Positions 15,895-31,200 of a stretch of DNA of 64,000 nucleotides are shown one piece after another. The notes under the pieces are model-generated. The model worked only from the letters and a program-made list of their open reading frames with translations. It searched no databases and was not told where the DNA came from. A program made the translations under genes and the position numbers. The DNA is taken from NCBI RefSeq assembly GCF_009914755.1, contig NC_060937.1; one strand, 5' to 3'. This stretch comes from the human T2T-CHM13v2.0 reference genome, Homo sapiens. Every line of letters begins with the position of its first letter. Position 1 is the first letter of the stretch.

Positions 15895-16045
15895 CACCCA
15901 GTCCAGCAGCCACTGGGCACATGTAACTATTGAGCACTTGAAATGTGGCTACTGAGACTGAAGGGCTGAAGTTTTTTTCAGTTTTATGTTAACTGATTTA
16001 AATTTCAATTTAAATAGCCACATTTGGCTAGTGGCTGTGGAATTG
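15895..16045. mobile_element. MER3/MER33-like hAT-Charlie fragment
   Basis: GCAGCCACT…CACATGT…CTATTGAGCACTTGAAATGTGGCTA…AAATAGCCACAT…GGCTAGTGGCT motif. Confidence 0.7.
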
Positions 16046-16374
16046 AAACCCATAACTATAAATGACAGATGCTCCTATGAGTTTGTGGCAGAAACAGTGA
16101 GGAAGACAGGAAAGGGGCAAAGTCCTTGTCTTCATTCATCTTATCATAGTGGCTGGGTTGGAGGTAAGGCCTGGCTTTCCATCCCTTCTTTGGGGCTTAC
16201 AGTCTTCCAGCGTGGGGCATACAGGAAAACTCTGAGATGTGGCTGGCTCCTGGTATGTTAAAAGAGGAGGTAAGGGTATTTAGATACTAATCGTTTTCTG
16301 TTTCAATAGATCCTAGCTTTCAAGTCTATTAATCTCCATGAGGGCACAAAAATCCTATTATAGGAAATATCAAC

Positions 16375-16462
16375 TCTCCTTTTTGCCTCTTCTTCTCCCT
16401 GTCCTCCTCCTCCTTTTTCCTCTTCTTGCACTTCTTCCTCCTCTTCGTCCTTCTCCTTCTTT
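16375..16462. repeat. Degenerate (CCT/CTT)n pyrimidine-rich low-complexity tract
   Basis: Visible directly; gives the acidic pseudo-ORF 16303-16560(-). Confidence 0.8.
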
Positions 16463-18036
16463 AATAGCAAGGCTATTACTTCTGCCCTACACCCAAGCAG
16501 ATGGCTGACCTGGTCTAACTTAGAGAGAAAGTCATTTACAGACGAATGCAACAGAAGCACAGCGTGACATTTCTAAGTGCATCTCCCATCACAGAAGCAC
16601 GCATTTTACAATCAGTTCAGTGCTGCAGTTTGGTGAAAGGCCGACAATGACCAAGGACACAAGGCAGCTTTTGTGCTCATAAAACTATAGGTGGGCCGAG
16701 ATGTCCCTCAGCAATGTTTTGTTTTAACAACATTGAAAAACATGAAAAAACAAAACAAAAAACCTCCAATGACATTTCAGCTACCCAGCACTATATTCTT
16801 CCAAACCATGGAAACCAAAGGTAAACCCTTTTCATGGCAGAAGGTAGGGACTGTTTTTCTTCTATGTTCTTAATAGTGAATTTATACCTGCATCTAATAA
16901 TATATTTTTCAGTTCTAACTTCTGGGTTATTTTCATCTACATTTTCAACCACTTCTGGTGCAAAATGGTTCATGTCAATATCTCACAAAGCATAGTGAGT
17001 TACAAAAAACAATGTAAAGCATTGCTTTAAAATCTTTAACAATGAAAGCTTAAAAATGAAAACAGGAATTTAAAGAAGTGATTGACTTTGTTAAAGTTAT
17101 TTTAGCAAAAATGAAACTATAGGATAATATCAATTTAAACCGTCCTGTAAAAAAAGTCAAAAACTGGAGATATAAACATATAATATTTGAGGCAATATAG
17201 ACACAACCATGTTAAAAAATACTTGCACAAAGATTTAACGTATTGATCGATCCCGCATTTTTAGACCAGTGTTTATCATGTGCTGTTTCTATGTCAGTCC
17301 TAAACAAGGAGTCCACTGTCAGCTGTGAGAAAGACACTTACAACTTCCCAAGAACAGTAATGAGTTGGTCAACAAATGATTGCATGAGGAAGCATTCAGG
17401 AAATAGATTTCATAATAATGTCTTCAAAAAATCCTGATGCTTACATGCTTACCATCATTAGAAATGACAAATGATAATGTAGCTTTTAAGATTAGATTCT
17501 TCATCTAGGTATAAAAGGAAGTCTCTCCCTTTGGGTTAATTTTTTTCTTATTTGGGAAATCCTTCAGGAAGAGACAAAAAGCCTATCTTTCTTTTTTAGC
17601 AAATGAATAAATAGAAGAAAATAAAACAACAAGACTTAATGTCTTTCTCACTTAAATCTTCTGGAAAAATTATTCTTTGTGTGAAAAATAAGTAAAATCA
17701 TTGCAAGCAACAAGTTGTTTATCAAATGACAGTGCATTCTTTTTTTCTGAAAATAATTATTTGTTCTTTAATTGAAAAATGGTAAAGATTTATGTTGTCA
17801 GTCAGTAAAACATTTTTAATGCCAGTATTTTTATGAGAGCTGTTATCCTCTTAAGAAACACTACAAGATACCAAGATACACTCATGAGTTGGACATTGCC
17901 CACCTTCCAGTTATTCTTCAGTAAATAAAAACACAAAATCTTTAAATATTCTAGGTTTTTTTTTTTTTGCTCTTCTGTATATTTTTAAAGACATTTCAAA
18001 AGAAATTTTGCAAAAAAAGATATGCACTTACCATGT

Positions 18037-18038
18037 AT

Positions 18039-18073
<35 letters not shown>

Positions 18074-18192
18074 GTAGGGACGGAGTCTCACTATGTTGCT
18101 TAGGCTGGTCTTGAACTCCTGAGCTCACGTGATCCTCCTCCCTCGACCTCCCAAAGTGCTGGGATTACAGATATGACCCCCTACACCTGGCC
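18037..18192 (-). mobile_element. Alu monomer (FLAM_C/AluJ left arm) with (TTTA)n tail
   Basis: (TTTA)9 followed by a single antisense Alu monomer ending CCTGGCC. Confidence 0.85.
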
Positions 18193-19922
18193 CTCTTCAC
18201 CTTTTAAACTTAAACCTGTATGTTTCTAGGACATACCATAAAATACTGATATCAAATCTCAGGGAGAAGAAAGTAAACATTAAATCAATTCTTACCAGTG
18301 ATTTAAAACAACTCTATTCCACACAAATAAGCCAGCCTTTCCCCAGTCCAGTTTGGAATTACCTTCCTTCGACAATTTTATTAGCATGCCAATGATGACA
18401 AACCCTTAGAAAGTTGTGGGGGCAGAAGGAAAGGTTGGGGACAAGACCAAAAAGGCAGGACTTAACATAGACTTGGGGCATTTTGCTGCAGAAAAGAAGG
18501 AGAATTTAGAGTAACTTAGTCTAGTCAGTAATGTAGTGACATACATTTACACTCCACTCATACCTGAATCTGAATCAGAATCATTCTAGAAAAAGTGTTC
18601 AGAAACCTCCTAATATGACTGCACTTAGTCTTTTGGGGAGACTGTACTCTCCCCTTGAATTACCTCATCTCTTAAGAATGTGACTGTGATCAGCATGAGC
18701 TCTGTGATGCCACCATTCTCACTCAGCACTCTCTTCATACCTCGTTCAAATGTTTTGAGCCCACAATGAAGAGCATTAGCCTTAAAGGCCCTTGTCTGCT
18801 CACACAAGAAAAATATTTTCTCCATCAATACTTCTTGTATTTTTCACCTGGAGCTGGAGATCATCTTGCTAATATGGGACAGAATTAGAGAGGTGGGGAG
18901 CCCCAGGTGCACACCTGGTTAACCTACCACATGATACTGAAGTGTCAATGGACAAGTTTCTTGGACTCTTGTTAAGCCAGCTACCAAATTAAGTGAGATT
19001 CTATATGTTTAATAACAGTTTGACACAGAAACCAAACAGTCTGTTTGGCTGGCTGTGAAGTATCAGGATGGCCAAATGGGCATATCAGCTTATAAACTAA
19101 CAGAATGAAAAGGTAACATATGAAACTGGAATATTTGCAAACCATATAGCTGATAAGAGGCTAATATCCAAAATATATTAACAACTTCTACAATTCCATA
19201 GCAAAAATAAAAAATAATAAACTGACTTAAAAATGGGCAAAGGACTGGAATAGATATCTCTCTGAAGACATACAGATAGCCAACAGACACATGAAAAGGT
19301 GCTCAATGGTTTTACTATTCATGCAAATCAAAAGTAATGAGGAGATATCACCATGCACCTGTTAAGATGACTGTCATAAAAAAAAGATAAAAAGCATTGG
19401 TGAGGACACGGAGAAATTGGAACTCTTATACACTGTTAGTAGGAATGTAAAATGGTGCAGCCACTGTCGAAAACAGCACAGAGCTTCCTCAAAAAATCAA
19501 AAATAGAACTGCCATGGGATTGAGCAGTCCCACTATTGAGTATTAATCCAGAGGTACTGAAATCAGTATCTTGAAGAGATATCTGCACTCTCATGTTCAC
19601 TGCAGCATGATTCTCAACAGCCAAGATGTGGAAACAACCCAAATGTCCATCAACGGGTGAATAAAGAAAATGTGACATATACATACAATGGAATATTTTT
19701 CAGCTTTATGAAAGAATGAAATTCTGTCATTTGTTAGGGCATAGTTAGGTTGGAAGACATTATGCTAAGTGAAATAAACCAATCAAAGGACAAATACAGC
19801 ATGATTTCACTTTGATGAGTTATCTAAAATAGTCAAACTGATAGAAGCAGAGACTAGAATGGTGATTATCAAAAGCTGAGGGTAGGGGTAGGGGGGTATG
19901 GGAAGTTGTTCAATGGGTATGA

Positions 19923-20528
<606 letters not shown>

Positions 20529-20699
20529 AGTTACATTTCTATATATCAACAACACTCAAACTGAGAACCAAATCAAAAACTCAATTCCATTTACAATAGC
20601 CACACACAAAAATAAAATATCCAGGAATACATTTAACCAAGGAGATATAAAATCTCTACAAGGAGAACTACAAAGCACTGATGAAAGAAATCGTGGATA

Positions 20700-21004
20700 A
20701 TGGAGATCATAATTCTAAGCAAATTAACACAGGAACAGAAAAGCAAACACCACATGTTCTTACTTACAAGTGGGAGCTAAGCATTGAGCACACATGGACA
20801 TAAATAGGGGAACAAAACACACTGTGGACTACTAGAGGGTGAGGGGAGGGGGAGTGGATTAAAAAACTACCTATCAAGTATTATGCTCACTACCAGGGTG
20901 GCAGGATCTGTACTTCAGACCTCAGCATCACACAATATTCTCATGTAATAAATCTGTGCATGTACTGCCAGTATCTAAAATAAAAGTTGAAATTAAAAAA
21001 AAAA
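20700..21004 (+). mobile_element. Short L1PA/PB 3'-end fragment inserted in the nested L1
   Basis: L1 3'UTR plus A-tail interrupting ORF2, flanked by AAAGAAATCGT / AAAGAAATTGT (degenerate TSD). Confidence 0.8.
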
Positions 21005-24000
21005 GAAATTGTAACTGGCACGAATAAGTGGAGAAACATTCCAAGCTCATAGACAGGAAGAATCAATATTGTTAAAATGTCCATACTGCCCAAAGCAATC
21101 TGCAGATTCAACACGATTTTTATCAAATTACCAATGTCATAGAAATAGAAAAACAATTCTAAAATTCCTGTAGAACCAAAAAACAGCCTTGAATAGCTAA
21201 AGCAATCCTAAGCAAAAAGAACAAAACTGGAGCATCACATTATGTGACTTTAAGTTATACTACAAGGCTATAGTAACCAAAACAGCATGGTACTGGTACA
21301 AAATAGACACATAGATCAGTGGATCAGAATAGAGAACCTAGAAACAAAGCCACCTACCTACAGCCAACTGATCTTTGGAAAAGTTGACAAAATAAACAAC
21401 GGAGAAAGACACCCTATTAAATAAATGGTGCTGGGAAAACTAGCTAGCTATACATAGAAGAACAAAACTGGACTCCTATCTCACCATATACAAAAATTAA
21501 CTCAAAACAGATTAAAGGTTTAAATGTTAAGACCTATAAAAACTCCTGGAATGAAACCTAGGAAAAACTCTTGGCCCAGCAAAGAATTTAGGACTATATC
21601 CTCAAAAGCAAATGTTAACAAAAACAAAAATCGACAAATGGAGTTTCATTAAATGAAAGGGCACCTGCACAGCACAACAGAATAAACAGACAGCCTGCAG
21701 AATGGGAGAAAATGTTTGCAAACTATGCATCCAACAAAGAAATAAGATCTATAATATGTAAGGAACTCAAACAGATAAAAGAGAAAAAAGCCCAAATAAC
21801 CTCATTAAAGAGTTGACAAAGAATATGAAAGACCCTTCTCAAAAGAAAACATACAAGTGTCCAACAAACATGAAAAAAATGTTTAATATCACTAATCATC
21901 AGAGAAATGCAAATTAAAACCACAATGAGATACCACCTCACACCAGTCAGAATGGCTATTATTAAAAGGTCAAAAAATAATAGATGTTGGCGAGGATGTG
22001 GAGAAAAGGAAATGCTTATACATTGTCGGTGGGAATGTAAATTAGTACAACCCCCACGGAAAACAGTATAGAGATTTCTCCAAGAACTAAAAACAGAACT
22101 ACCACTTCATCCAGCAATCCCACTACTGGATATCTACCCAAAGGAAAAGAAATTGTTATATCAAAAAGACATGTGCACTCATATGTTTATCGCTGCACTG
22201 TTCACAATAGCAAAGCCATGAAGTCAACCTAAATGTTTACCACTGGTCTATTGGGTAAAGAAAATGTGGTATTTATACATCATAAAATACTATGCAGCCA
22301 CAAAGAAGAATGAAATCATGTCTTTTGTAGCAACATGGATGGAACTGGAGGCTATTATCCCAAGTGAAATAACTCAGAAACAGAAAACCAAATACCGTAT
22401 GTCCTCACTTATAAGTGAGAGCTAAACAATGGGTACACATGAATAGAAAGACGGAAATAATTGACACTGGTAACTCCAAAGCTGAGGAGAGTAGAAGAGG
22501 GTTGTAGGGTGAAAAATTGCCTATTGGTTACAATGTTCACTATTTGAGTGGTAGGTTCGCTAGAAGCACAAACCTCACCATTACACAATACATCCATGCA
22601 ATAAACCTACACATATACCCACTTAATCTGTAATAAAATAACAAATAATAATAGTAATAAAATTTCAGTTCCACAAAATGAGTAAGTTCATGAGATCTGG
22701 GGTATCTGTGGTTAACAATAATGTATTGCACAATTAAAAATTTGCTAAAAGGATAGATATCATGCTAAGTGTTCCTACCATAATAGAAAAACACAAAGAA
22801 AAAACAAAGAGGCACAAGGAAATTTTAGAGGTGAGGGACATGTCTATTACCTTGATCATGGTGATGGTTTCATGCGTAAATGCATTTGGCCAAATTCATT
22901 AAATTGTAAACATTAAACGTGTGGTTTTTTTGTATGTCAATTACACTTTAATCAAGTTGTTTAAAAAATACTTGCACAAACCTGTAGTATACTAGTTGTC
23001 CCTCATTATTAGATCAGTGCTTACCATATGCTATGTCAGTTTTAAAAAACAGGAGTCAGCTGTAGCTAAGTCCTTTACTACTTCATAAAAACATCAATCA
23101 ACCAAACAATGGTTCAGATAGTGAAAGAACGACTGCACAGTGAAGCATGCTCAAGTGCTTGGATCTACTTCACTCAAATACAACACACGTTCATTGATGC
23201 TTACAGCCTGATCCCATGTGAAATACGTCTTCATAGAGCTTAGCATTCAGTAACTAAACAACTATTAATTTGGAAGATATGAATTTTCTAGAAAACTGAT
23301 TTTTCTCTCATTCATTCAGAGTGGAGAAAAGATAGCCAGAGTTTGAGTCTGGGTAAGCCAGATCCCTCTGGAAGCTACACAGTGTCTGCTAGGAACCAAG
23401 CTAAATTCAAAGACAGTGACTTCAGATGTTTTCAGCCCTAGTGTCCTTTAAACTGTGTGCTGGTGTGCCTCTCACTTCTTTAGATTGTAAACTCCTCATT
23501 TTACTTATAGAAAAACACTCAGTGCTTCTTTCTTTCTTTCCAAGGAAAATCATCAGCTTTTTCAATTAATATGTGCCACAGTGTCTGTTACTTTTCAGAA
23601 ATACCATTCCTTTTCTGCATTGCCTATTTCCAATTTTGCATCTGCTGATGTCTGGGTGCCAAATCTATCCTATAATGTTTTGTCAGCAAGTTATTCCCAG
23701 AAAAATAATGCAAAACTCTTAAAGTCTGCTTGAGTGATTTCTCAGGAACCTTATGGCTCATGGAAATCCTGTATTCATCCAAAGGGAAGTCTATTACCAA
23801 GAGCTATTTAAGGCAAGTGTGACATGGAAGAAATTATAAAGGAAAAAAAAAACCTCCATCTCAAAAAGTAATCTTCATTTTATGATTTTTACATGAAAGT
23901 TGGTATCACTATACTCTTTTAAATGTGTTGTTAGAGAAAATATGCAAATCCTGAATTATATCTTCAATAAGTATATATGAAAATATCACAAGCCATGATA

Positions 24001-24451
24001 TCAATTCATCATTCAGCACATAGCACATGTCTCTCTCAGTTCATGCCCCAAACCTCCCCTGACCACAGCACCGCAGCAACTCACAGCAACATCCCAAACA
24101 GAAATCCTCCAGCATCACACCCTCACCTCCAGCACAAACATAGCACTAACGTCTCTTCGACCAGCTCCCTCATATCCCAGTGCCCTGCCCCACTTCAGCA
24201 GCTTGAAGAGAAAATACAATGAAGGTTGGGGAAGAGAAGGAGACCTAAGCCACTGACAACAGTGGGAATTACAGAAACACCATTATGGCTCAGGAGGTTG
24301 CAAAACCAAAACTTTCCAAAGTGAATCGTAATTTTCACGTCCTGGAAAATGTGACCCCAATGGCTACTAAAAACTGACTTTGCTGACTTAGGTCACCAGT
24401 TTCACTCAAATCACCTAGATCTCTAATATAACTCTTGAATATTCACCATTA

Positions 24452-24815
24452 ATTATTTTATTTTTTATTTGCATTAATACAAGGGGTAAAAGTATAGTTT
24501 TATTTCATGGATATAATGCATAAGGGTGAAGTCTGGACTTTTAATGTAACCATCGCCCAAATAGTGGACACTGTACCCATTAAGTAATTTTTTGTCTGTC
24601 ATCCCCCTCCCACCCTTCCAAGTTTCTAATGCCTATTATTCTATATTCTATGTCCACGTGTACACGTTATTTAGCTCCCACTTCTAAGCAAGAACGTGTG
24701 GTATTTTACTATTTGTTTCGGAGTTATTTCACTTAAGATGATGGTCTCCAGTTCCATCCATGTTGCTGCAAAAGCCATGATTTCATTCTTTTTTGTGGCT
24801 GAGTAGTAATCTATC
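24452..24815 (-). mobile_element. L1MA-type 3' end fragment followed by (TG)/(TA) microsatellite
   Basis: Antisense L1 3'UTR and ORF2 end (KNEIMAFAATWMELETIILSE in ORF 24671-24946). Confidence 0.85.
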
Positions 24816-25599
24816 GTATGTGTGTGTGTTGTGTATAAATACATCTCACAAAAGTTGTGAGATATATATATGTGTGTGTGTATATATATACCAAAAATTT
24901 TAAATTTTAAATTGTACTTACCACTGTACTTTAAACTCAAATGCAAATATTTTATCTATTCACTTTTGTAATCATGGAGCTATATACATCCATTGGGGAA
25001 CCTGATATTGTACAAACAGTAAGCAGTGATGAGGAAGAGATACTGAGGAAATCAGGGAATAAGGACATTAAAAAAGTAAAAAGAGAAATGAAGGAATGAA
25101 AACTAAAAGTAATGTCAAGTGTCGTCTGCAGAACGGGATTCAGTCATGCAGCCCATGGCAGTAGCATAGCCACAGACCAAACAGCAGAGAAGCGAGTCGT
25201 AACAGGAAGTCTCCACTTTTTCTTGGGCTTCCTGCAGCAAGTGGTAAAGAAATAGGTGAGTACCATGAAAAATCACCCAGTTTTTCCCAAGAATCATGGC
25301 TATCCCAGTGTCAGCAGAGCATGGCCCTGTCTCTGCCTCTACCACCACCTCACATGCTTCATCCCAGAAATGGTCCCAGACCTGAACCCCTCTTCAGTCA
25401 CTTCGTTCACTCCTGGTTCAAGTTTTTCCACTGTAAACTGGAGTCTCTCAGCTACTTAATCACTTGCTTAATGGTTTGGGGACCACACAATCTTCTGTGA
25501 GCCCTAGGCCTGCACATTCCTTAACAGATACGTGCAGGAACACAGGGTACCTTTTAACACCACCACCATCACCAATACTCATAATAAACAAACAGATGA

Positions 25600-25800
25600 A
25601 TAACACTTATATAATGCTTATTATGCACCAGGCACTCTCCAAAACACTTTATACTTAGGTACTACTTTTATACACATTTCAGGGAAGTAAATTGAGACTT
25701 ACAGTGGTTAAGTGATCTGTTGTGAAGTAGCAGATCCCAAATTTAAACACCTGTATGTTGGTTCCAAAGACCACATTCTTTATCACTATTCTATGCTAAA
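25600..25800 (-). mobile_element. MIR fragment
   Basis: …CCAGGCACTCT…ATTGAGACTTACAGTGGTTAAGTGA…ATTTAAACACC… MIR core-like sequence. Confidence 0.6.
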
Positions 25801-26294
25801 GCTCACAAGTGAAGACTTAATAATAAATCTTTAAAACTCCAAATATATAACTAAAATTTGAAGTATATAATTCTTCCATCAAGAAAGCCTTGTGAATAGG
25901 ATTACGTGGACCCTAGCTCTTCCATCCCTTTTCAAAAAATCTTTATGGTTGGTCAGCTTCTTTATATTATATGAATTCTAAAATATATTTGCCAGAGAAA
26001 CTCAATCATACCTATAAATATGATTACTCCTCATCTCTACCAAACCACTTAACCATCCCAACTAGCCCTACTAACTTCATGTTTTACTGCTAATGCAAAA
26101 AAAAATCTAATGCATTTCTGGCAAACAGGGAGTTTCTGTGGAAGTCAATGGAGAGAAAGGTTAACATTGACTTCTAAGGCAAGACTATATAGACTGGCCA
26201 GTTAAATGTCACAGATATAATTTCCTTATTTGAAAGACACATCGTATAAAATTGCTGATGCTTTTCTGTTGACAGTATGAATGTTAATCATTAG

Positions 26295-26674
<380 letters not shown>

Positions 26675-27284
26675 AAGAGAAGCTATTTTGGATTTTAAAA
26701 ATATGCTTTTACCAATTAACTGGTGTTTTCCTAAGCGAGAAGCCTAGTAATATTATTCTGTTATTAGTAATTGCCTGGGAAGAATGTATATGCTATATGA
26801 AACTCTGTGGCTAGGCTGTACATATTACCCTGGAGAAATATACACAGGTAGTTGGATACTAGCATTTCTTTGAAATAAATCAAGGATATAGATCATGAGT
26901 CCTAAATCTGGCAAACCTTGTTCACATTACCCAAAAAGATCTGTTTTATCATGTGGTTCACTCCTACGTGTGTATTCCAGCCCAACTGGGATTAATTTCT
27001 AATATATTTTAAAAATCATGTTTATATTATAGTAAATGGTATTTCTGGTAACACTCTAATAGGTTTTGGCCTCAGTAAGATTTTGCTTAGAGGAAGAGTC
27101 AGCCAGCTACAGCCTGCAGGCCAAATCTAGCTCTCTACCTGTTGTTCTTCGACCCATCATTGAGAATAATTTCTCCAGATTTGCAATCAGTTTGATGATA
27201 AAGAAAGCTAATTTTGAATCTCAATTAAACAGAATGTTATTTTTTAAAAAAGTTTAAAAGATTTTCAGTGTTCTTATTATTAAA

Positions 27285-28556
27285 TGCAGTAGGCAGAATA
27301 ACGATCTCCGAAGACGTCCATGCCCGAATCCCCAGAGCCCATGATTATGTTACCTGACATGGTAAAAGGAATTCCATGACATGGTAAAAGGTAAAAGGCA
27401 GATGTGATTAAGGTTATGGACTATTATGGGTTGGACCATGTCCCCTACAAAGATATATTGAAGTCCTAATCCCTGATACCCATGAATGTGCCTTTATTTG
27501 GAAAAAGGGGTTTTGTAGATGTTATCAAGTTAAGATGAGGTCATCAAGGTAAGCCCTAATCCAATATAACTGATGCCTTATAAGAAGAGGAGAAGAGACA
27601 GAGGCACAGGAGGAGAGGAGGCGTTGTGCTGATGGAAGCAGAGATTGAGGCAATGCAGCTGCAAATCAGAAAATGCTAAGGATTGATGGGCATAGCTCTT
27701 CCATCCCTTTTCAAAAAAGTCTTTATGGTTGGTCAGCTTCTTTATATTATACAGATTCTAAATTATATTTGCATCTGTGCTATATGAAACTCTGTTGCTA
27801 GGTTGTACATATTACGCTGGATCCATAGTAGTGCATAACCTTAATCACATCTGCCAAATCCCTTTTACCATGTCAGGTAATGTATTCACAGGTTCTGGGG
27901 ATTACGGCATGGACGTCTTTGGAGACCATTATTCTGCCAACTGCATCTGTGGAAGAAAGAACAAGAAAAGGAAGGATCCTACTCAGAACCTCACAGGGAG
28001 CGCGGCCCTGCTGAAACCTTGATTTCTGATTTTTAGACTCCAGAACTGTGAAAACGTTTTTAAATAATTGCCGTTGTTTTCAGCCACCCATTTTGTGGTA
28101 CTTTGTTATGGCAGCCCTAGAAAACTAACTCCTGGACCCTGCATTGTGAAATTTATCCTGAGTTATCCAGGTGGGCCCAGTGTAATCACATGGATCCTTA
28201 AAACTAGAGAGACTTTCCAGGCTGCAGTAGAGAGAGAAATGTGGCAATAGAAGCAGGTTTACAGAGACGCTACATTCCCGGCCTTGAATATGAATATGAT
28301 TCCTGGTATTGAATATGAAGGAAAGAGCCATATGCCAAAGAATGCAGGTAACCTCTGACAACTGGCAAGGCAAGACAGCAGACTCTACCTCAGAGCCTCT
28401 GGAGGGGCAGAGCCCTGCCGACGCCTTGATTTTAGCCCAGTGAGAACTGTGTTGGACTTTTGACCTCTGGAACTGTACCATAATATCATCAATATTTTGT
28501 GTGTAAGCTACCAAGTTTCTGATAATACGTTATGGCTGCAACAGAAAACTAATACA
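27285..28556 (+). mobile_element. MLT1D-like MaLR LTR (27285-27421 and ~28133-28556)
   Basis: Starts TGCAGTAGGCAGAATAA and ends GAAAACTAATACA; split by a second MLT1 LTR. Confidence 0.8.
27422..28132 (+). mobile_element. MLT1B/C-like MaLR LTR nested in MLT1D, carrying a composite insertion at 27693-27946
   Basis: Starts TATTATGGGTTGGAC and ends GGCAGCCCTAGAAAACTAA. A 5-bp TGGAC duplication lies at about 27417-27421 and 28134-28138. Confidence 0.8.
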
Positions 28557-30619
28557 ATAGATTTGTATTACAAAAACTGTTCCTTATTATTATTAATATT
28601 ATTTTTTACTTTAATTTTGTTGAACTTTGTGAAAATTTGTTTTCTCTCTTGTAAGGTAAGTACCTACATAATGTATTTGATTTTGCATCTTGGCCCATAA
28701 AGTCTAAAATATTTACTATTTGGTTCTTTACAAAATTTGTTGACCTCTGGTTTTGAGTGTTAGCAAATTTCAAGTTTGTTAAAAGGAAAATACTTAATGT
28801 GGCTCTTCCATTTAGAAATACTACATTTCTTGCCCAATGGTTTATTGAAGTTCAGATTACAGAAGTAGATGGATTATAAAGATTTGTATAGTTGTACTTC
28901 TCAAAAAGAATTAAAAGAAACATATCCATTCTTCCTATGACTGTACTCCTGCATCTAAAAACTTGATTTGTGAAGCTTGTGATGTGCCACCATAGTATAG
29001 TGTAGTTGGGACAGCAAGTGCATGTTAAGTATGGGGTCAGAATGAGATATTAGATAACCTGGAACAAAGGGGAGTGCTGACTTAAATTTCTGGAATACAA
29101 GCAAGCCCACTCATCCCAGAGAGATGGACAGGACATTGCCTGGCTGCAGGCAGGTAGCTTCATAGCACTGTCACTATGGAGCGCTATATAAAAAACATAT
29201 TTGATAGGAATGTGCAAAATTAAAAATAAAAAATAGAAAAATAAATATTTGCCTATAAAAAAAAGACTCACCTATAATATGTTCAGAATTTATTCCCCTA
29301 AGGATTTTTTTAGAATTCAAAATTTCTATTATATTTTCAGTAAAGTTAAATTAATCATGTTTTCTACGAGTTCAAAACATATTCATCTTAATCACAACAC
29401 TTGCAGTTTGGTAGCCTCATTTTGAAGAATGGAAAGTTAAGAGAGCATAAATCAATTGCTAAAGAAAGACAAAGTCATTATAAAGCAGGATAAGTACTGC
29501 CAGATTGTCCCTGCCATATAGACTAGTTAACCCTACTTTTACATGAGAGAAACATGTAGCTTAATGAAAAGCATCTTTCATTCAGTAATAACAAATAGTT
29601 GTCAAGTGTCTACCATACGCTGGGAATAAGAACCCCAGACTTGCCCCTGTTCCTCAATGAACTCAGTCATTTGCTGTCAGAATGGAAGGTGCACTTAACC
29701 TTTGCTCCCACCCCATGTGAGTCAGTCTGTGGGTCACATTAGCATAGAAAAGGCACAAGCTGAGATTTCCCTACCCACTGCCAGATTGGCAAAGAAATAT
29801 AGCAGAGAGGCCATGCCAGACTTGGGAATCGGACAGACCTAGATTCAAGCCCTCTCTCCTTATTAGCTATGTAATGGTGGGAAAATAGTCTAAGATGTGG
29901 GACACAGTTCCCTAGGGCTCAGATGTAAAATAAGAACCATCGCATATCCTTTGCAGTGTTGCTGTGAGGACTGACCAGGAACCACACAGATGCTCACCCA
30001 GTTGGCTCATCATACAGGGTGCTGGGTACATTTTAACCATGAATGTCCTTCTAGGAGGTTAAGTAAATATCAAGAAATACAACAAATAGAACACTTAGCC
30101 TTCTTTGCACATTCTGCAGGAGTCTTGTGAAATCACTGAGTTCCAGTCACTCAGGGGACTTGGTAATGGAGCCCCTGCTGTACTCGTAGACACACAGCTG
30201 TGGGTAAGAGAAGGTGGGGATGGGACATCAGACAACCTGGAATAAAGGCCAGTACTGACTTCCGTTTCTAGATTCACAGGCAAGCCTACTAATCCCAGGA
30301 TACTACAAAGATGTCAAAACGTTGACACTGAGGAGAGAACATCATCACAAGGAAGGGTGCATGGAAGAAAGGTGGGGGAGGGCAGTAAAAAGAAGGAGGA
30401 GGAGACAATAAAGACAGGCAGAAGGCTTAGAGACACATATTACTCAGTCACTCAGCATCCCAGGGATGGGCTCGTGGTCCAGTCCCGGAATCTATCTAGA
30501 CTCACATGTATAGTGAGAGATTGATCATGCTGATTGCAGCTGTAAATGTCTTTAATTTTTGTGATTCTATTTTCCTGAAGTAAAGTGGTGATGAATGATA
30601 GTGGAGAGTTAAGAAGATT

Positions 30620-31200
30620 AGTTGGACAATTTTCAAAAGAAGAATAGAAATGACTAGTAAATACGAGCAGTAATAGTTCAGTTTTTTAAATAATGCGAAT
30701 TAAATCAATGTGATGCAGCATTTGCCTATCAAATGAAAGAAATTAACAAGAACATCCGTGTAGATGAGGGCACAGTGAAATACACGCACTCTGATGTTGT
30801 GGATAGGGGTATGGGTTGGTATGAGAGTTCAGAAAGAAATTTGGTAATGTTCATCAAAATAATTTAGAATATTCATCTCTTTTGGCCTATTAATTCTTCT
30901 TAGAAACTACCATATGCCAAAATGCCCACAAAAGTTATGCACAGACGTGCATCATTTATAATAACAGTGAGAAATTGGACATCACTCAAGTATTCAATAT
31001 TAGGTACATGCTTAAATAAGACAGAATATATCAATATGGTAGAATATTTTGTGGCCATTAAACATAAAAGCTTTTTAATAATATAGGGAAATTTAATAAC
31101 ATTAAAAATGTCAAGTAAAGAAAGCATATGTTCTCAGGTAAATTAAAAATTTATTTTTAAAAATACACTAAGAAATTACTATTGCTGGAATAATGAACAC
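30620..31200 (+). mobile_element. Highly diverged L1ME-type fragment
   Basis: Degenerate L1 ORF2 3'/3'UTR motifs (…GCATCATTTATAATAACAG…AAATTGGA…TGGTAGAATATTTTGTGGCCATTAAA). Confidence 0.6.

Larger units (their letters stand above)
27093..28749. mobile_element. MER58-like hAT-Charlie element (ends ~27093-27145 and ~28560-28749), interrupted by MLT1 LTRs
   Basis: GAGTCAGCCAGCTACAGCCTGCAGGCCAAATCTAGC at the left; GGCCCATAAAGTCTAAAATATTTACTATTTGGTTCTTTACA…TTTGTTGACCTCTG at the right. Confidence 0.7.

Noticed and set aside
16303-16560. Acidic ORF as an FGF14 exon
   Set aside because: Low-complexity CCT/CTT tract with no resemblance to FGF-family sequence and no convincing splice structure.
27693-27821. 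Processed (spliced) retrocopy joining two upstream exons
   Set aside because: Source junctions lack GT-AG on either strand, there is no poly-A or TSD, and a third inverted piece follows, so DNA-templated copying fits better.
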